Notes under the pieces: model-generated
Seen by the model: the letters and a program-made list of their open reading frames with translations, nothing else
Told to the model about the DNA's origin: nothing
The model's database searches: none
Position numbers and translations under genes: made by a program
Shown: positions 28,857 to 32,000 of the stretch, piece after piece
Position numbering within the stretch: the first letter of the stretch is position 1
How the letters are laid out: every line of letters begins with the position of its first letter
Source: Cylindrospermopsis raciborskii Cr2010
GTDB lineage: Bacteria > Cyanobacteriota > Cyanobacteriia > Cyanobacteriales > Nostocaceae
DNA: 32,000 bases
Direction of reading: 5' to 3'
Assembly (NCBI RefSeq): GCF_003367075.2
Contig: NZ_CP065936.1
Location: 150,001-182,000 of the forward strand

Positions 28857-28897
28857 GTCCTGATTATCCCGCAGATTTTGGTCAGGATAATCAGGAC
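28857..28897. other. Strong perfect hairpin between the M23 peptidase gene and the tRNA
   Basis: 13-bp perfect stem GTCCTGATTATCC / GGATAATCAGGAC (28857-28869 and 28885-28897) with a 15-nt loop. Confidence 0.6.
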
Positions 28898-28977
28898 GTG
28901 CTGGGTATTGGCAGCTTTTAACCATAAGCTTATCTTAAATAACCAACAAGCAAAGTGGTTAAACATCAACCAAATAA

Positions 28978-30897
28978 TTACAAACGTGCCTGAGAAGGTA
29001 AAAAGGCGATGGGATTAACCGCACCTTTCCCTGTGGGATGGATCTCAAAATGGGTGTGAGGACCAGTGCTAAAACCAGTGCTACCCATGGCGGCAATGGT
29101 TTCTCCCTGTTGCACTTCCTGACCTACCCGCACTAAAATACGGCTGTTATGGGCATAACGGGTCATACTGCCATCCTCATGGCGTATTTCCACCAACAGT
29201 CCATAACCTCCATTATTCCAACCTGCTCTTTCTACTCGACCTGGAGCAGAGGCGTAAATTGGAGTTCCCACACCATTGGCAATATCAATACCTCTGTGCA
29301 TTCTACCCCAGCGCCAACCATAACCGGAAGTTAGAACGCCTTTAGCAGGCCAAATGTGACCCGTAAGAGCAGGACTATTATTTTCTTCCTCTGTATTTCT
29401 GGGTAAATATATATCCACTGCAGCCAAAGGAGGTAAAGCTGGAGATACGGTTGTACCCCGCAATTTACCCAGAGAATCCCGGGCGTTCATCCTCCTGGGA
29501 GGCACATTTAATCTAATACCCGAAGGATTCCTTCTGGTATTTCCAGGAACAAACTGAGGGTTGACAGGCTCATCATTGGGAGCGATCGCATCTACACCCA
29601 ATTGAGAATTAACGGAAACATTACCATTTTCCCCGAGCCTGGGTACGGTAATTGTTACTGCTTTGATTTGAACACCTGGTGAAACTTTGACGGGATCAAT
29701 ATTTCCTCCTCCCAATGGGGATGGAGTATTCTCAACCTTGCCAGAGTTAGCCAGGGTAATGGCAGATCTTTGATCGCGATACTTTTGGCGTAGTCTTTCA
29801 ATTTCTGCTTGTAAGCTACGAATGCGATCGTTGTTTGGCGTAACCTTTTCTAACTGAGTTGGAACGGTTTTTGGGGTTATTGCCACACTAGTGGTAAACC
29901 CATCTGTAGAGCCACCTATTCCCCGTGTATTGGGGGTAATTGATCCAGCTTCGGGCACTTGGGGGAGATTTTTGCCAGCCACAGGTACGCTTATGGCAGA
30001 TCCACTGCTTGGTGATGGGATCTGAGGTACTGCAATGGCAACTCCCTCATTGCTCGCTGATGTTGGCAAAGGTAACTCAGCCGCATTAGGCAGATTAACT
30101 TCCCGGTCAGGGGGAACTAAAGGAGAAATAGCAACTTGGGCAATTCTTTTGGGTGGAATAACAACCGGACTGGTTGGAGTAGGTAGCTCTTGTATACCCG
30201 TCCCAGACTTAACTTGAGGAATGATCAGTTTCTGATTGACCCGCAAATCATGAGGATCACTCAGACCATTAGCCTGAATTAGCTCAGTCACAGAAGTTCC
30301 ATAGCTACCAGCAATTTCCTCCAATGTATCACCTGGCTTCACCTGGTAGTTAGAAATTTCCTTTGGAGCCACAACTTGGGGAGTTGTCAGTGCTGTCAAG
30401 GATTTTTGTTCTGAGAAGTTGTTATTGTTGATACTACTTGATTCTTGTGCCTTTTGAGGCAAGGAATTCAAATTGGTTTTTAAACGTTCCGATTTTTCTT
30501 TTAGCTGGTTGAGTGCAAACTCTTGTTGTTCCCTTAGCTGGTCATCAGCAGTATTGTCAACCTCGGTAGGCGCTTCAATACTTTCTGGCACGCTTGCTAA
30601 AGTGGGAGTTTGGACATCCAACTTTTCTGCCGTGATTTTTTCCACATCGGTTTCAGTCGTAGCTGAACCTACGAAGGCTGCTTTTTCACTGCCAACTGGG
30701 GCTGCTGCTTGCGCTTGGTCGCTTTTTTGGGTGACAAAAAGGCTGGTGGCACCCATAGAAATTGCTAAACCAATCATGGCTGCTCGTGGTATTGCCCGGC
30801 AATTACCCTTTTGATTTGTTTCATTCAAGGCAAATTGGAAACTGTCAGAATTATTTTTAACCACAGCGTTTACCCTCTTGTTTAATGCTCGATTCAA
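28978..30897 (-). CDS. LysM plus M23 (LytM) peptidase-domain protein with a long Pro/Ser-rich linker (NlpD-like)
   Basis: LysM (YQVKPGDTLEEIAGSYGTSVTELIQANGL). M23 motifs HRGIDI and GSTGFSTGPHTHFEIH. An N-terminal TM or signal segment (MIGLAISMGATSLFV). The start is a TTG at 30897, so the true start is uncertain. Confidence 0.88.
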   Translation of the reverse strand: MNRALNKRVNAVVKNNSDSFQFALNETNQKGNCRAIPRAAMIGLAISMGATSLFVTQKSDQAQAAAPVGSEKAAFVGSATTETDVEKITAEKLDVQTPTLASVPESIEAPTEVDNTADDQLREQQEFALNQLKEKSERLKTNLNSLPQKAQESSSINNNNFSEQKSLTALTTPQVVAPKEISNYQVKPGDTLEEIAGSYGTSVTELIQANGLSDPHDLRVNQKLIIPQVKSGTGIQELPTPTSPVVIPPKRIAQVAISPLVPPDREVNLPNAAELPLPTSASNEGVAIAVPQIPSPSSGSAISVPVAGKNLPQVPEAGSITPNTRGIGGSTDGFTTSVAITPKTVPTQLEKVTPNNDRIRSLQAEIERLRQKYRDQRSAITLANSGKVENTPSPLGGGNIDPVKVSPGVQIKAVTITVPRLGENGNVSVNSQLGVDAIAPNDEPVNPQFVPGNTRRNPSGIRLNVPPRRMNARDSLGKLRGTTVSPALPPLAAVDIYLPRNTEEENNSPALTGHIWPAKGVLTSGYGWRWGRMHRGIDIANGVGTPIYASAPGRVERAGWNNGGYGLLVEIRHEDGSMTRYAHNSRILVRVGQEVQQGETIAAMGSTGFSTGPHTHFEIHPTGKGAVNPIAFLPSQARL

Positions 30898-31539
30898 AGA
30901 TGACCTCCTATGATCAAACTTCGCTTAACTGATTTTGATCTTTCTTTTAAATGTCCGATGTTAATTCACGATTGGAACTACATCAAACCATAAGTCAAGA
31001 TCACATTCAAGTCACACTTACCAGAGATATTGACCCAAGATTAACCTGTTTCTCTGATTTAGACAAGTTCATAGTTGTTAGTAAATCTTAATTTTTTCTT
31101 GGTCTGCTCTGTTAATACACCTCACAAAATTCAAGATTGTTGCAATCAGGCGGTTTATGTAGTTACTGGGACTACCAAGAAACCATCCCCTTTACATCCT
31201 TAATACCCGGTTTTTTGTTCCCATCCGTTCTACCAATATCAAACTTTATGTCCTTGTTCCCTAAAAAACAACCGTACAAGTTTTTACTAGTTTCCCCACC
31301 TGATAAACCGTGTCTTAGATCACAATTTCCTAAAAGACTTGATGGTACTTACTTTCCACAATTTTACTCTCGAGAAAAAACCCTCTCAACAGGCTAAAAT
31401 CTAGAAATCAACAAGTGCAGGGAAACTAAGTTTGCTATATAAATTTCTTATATGTTGTTACTGCTACATATTACTACCTTCACCCTGAATATTACTGTGT
31501 AGTGGAAAGTCGTCTTTTGGTCATGCCTTCATTTTACTA

Positions 31540-32000
31540 TTATTTTAAATATCCCAACTGTCGTCGTGACTCAAATAAAGCTACAGCTACGCTCACTGAT
31601 AGGTTTAAGCTACGAACACCAGGTTGATCCATAGGAATGTAGAGGGTAGAGTCACAAATATCGAGAATATTTTCCGGTATACCCGTTGTTTCACTGCCAA
31701 ACAATAACCAGTCATCAGGGCGAAATTCGTACTGAATATAGTTAATATTGCCCCTGACGCTGAACCCTAGCAGTCTACCCCCTCTTTGCCGATGGACTTT
31801 GAGGAATGTGTGATATGATTCATGGTAGTTAAGTTTTACATGGGGCCAATAATCTAACCCTGCTCTTTTGAGGTAGCGGTCAGTGATTTCAAATCCTAAA
31901 GGGCCAACTAAATGCAGTTCGGTGGCCGTAGCAGCACAGGTACGGGCAATATTGCCTGTATTGGGGGGAATTTGTGGGTTAATTAAAACTACCTGAGGCA
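31540..32000 (-). CDS. trmL: tRNA (cytidine/uridine-2'-O)-methyltransferase TrmL (SpoU/TrmH family); the start codon straddles the window edge
   Basis: The minus frame reads PQVVLINPQIPPNTGNIARTCAATATELHLVGPLGFEI...GVRSLNLSVSVAVALFE, with a stop at 31540-31542. The codon preceding P is ?TG at the window boundary. Confidence 0.85.
   Translation of the reverse strand, partial: PQVVLINPQIPPNTGNIARTCAATATELHLVGPLGFEITDRYLKRAGLDYWPHVKLNYHESYHTFLKVHRQRGGRLLGFSVRGNINYIQYEFRPDDWLLFGSETTGIPENILDICDSTLYIPMDQPGVRSLNLSVSVAVALFESRRQLGYLK

Noticed and set aside
5859-29589. Eight perfect GCGATCGC palindromes (5859, 7781, 10245, 12261, 14221, 15360, 24998, 29582)
   Set aside because: This is the HIP1 genome-wide signature of many cyanobacteria. 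It is useful for taxonomic inference but is not a locus-specific feature.
31159-31175. Palindrome GTAGT-N7-ACTAC in the long spacer, considered as an NtcA site
   Set aside because: The spacing does not fit GTA-N8-TAC (the half-sites are 11 nt apart), and no -10 box is suitably placed.
31137-31397. 86-aa ORF in the 640-bp spacer
   Set aside because: It has a TTG start, no SD, and a Pro/Phe/Ser/Leu-rich composition that is not protein-like. I treat the region as non-coding.

Overview
This 32-kb window looks like a chromosomal segment of a filamentous, Nostocales-type cyanobacterium. That origin is inferred from eight perfect HIP1 palindromes (GCGATCGC), an OCP/FRP photoprotection pair, system II cytochrome c biogenesis genes (ccdA, ccs1), nifJ, a CIRCE-controlled orphan groEL and a type A RNase P RNA. 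All calls come from reading the sequence and the ORF track, with no database search.

Most of the window is housekeeping. In order:
- + strand: SDR tail.
- - strand: WecA-like GT4 transferase.
- + strand: groEL2 with a perfect CIRCE operator, corA, an orphan ORF, rnpB, rnc and a PG-binding M15 peptidase.
- - strand: mnmA.
- + strand: a SPOR-like secreted protein and nnr.
- - strand: a string of ccdA, ccs1, kinase-like ORF, murJ and a metallophosphoesterase.
- + strand: nifJ.
- - strand: infC, frp, ocp, a Tab2-C-terminal-like ORF, tRNA-Met(CAU), a LysM/M23 peptidase and trmL.

The accessory-looking patch lies at about 6.4-12.0 kb. It holds a lysin-like peptidase with no signal peptide, a decayed Uma2 nuclease gene, a dispersed hairpin repeat and a 1341-aa STAND (NLR-like) NTPase. 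The NTPase carries an uncharacterised N-terminal module and 14 WD40 repeats that are almost identical at the nucleotide level, including a perfect 123-bp tandem duplication. It is the best candidate here for an undescribed conflict or immune-type sensor.

Other observations worth a second look:
- A roughly 70-125 bp hairpin repeat occurs three times, and two copies supply the stop codon of the adjacent CDS.
- An ORF matching only the C-terminal half of Tab2/DUF1092 starts 43 nt after a tRNA.
- A 640-bp non-coding gap lies between trmL and the M23 peptidase gene.

I found no CRISPR array, transposase or integrase.
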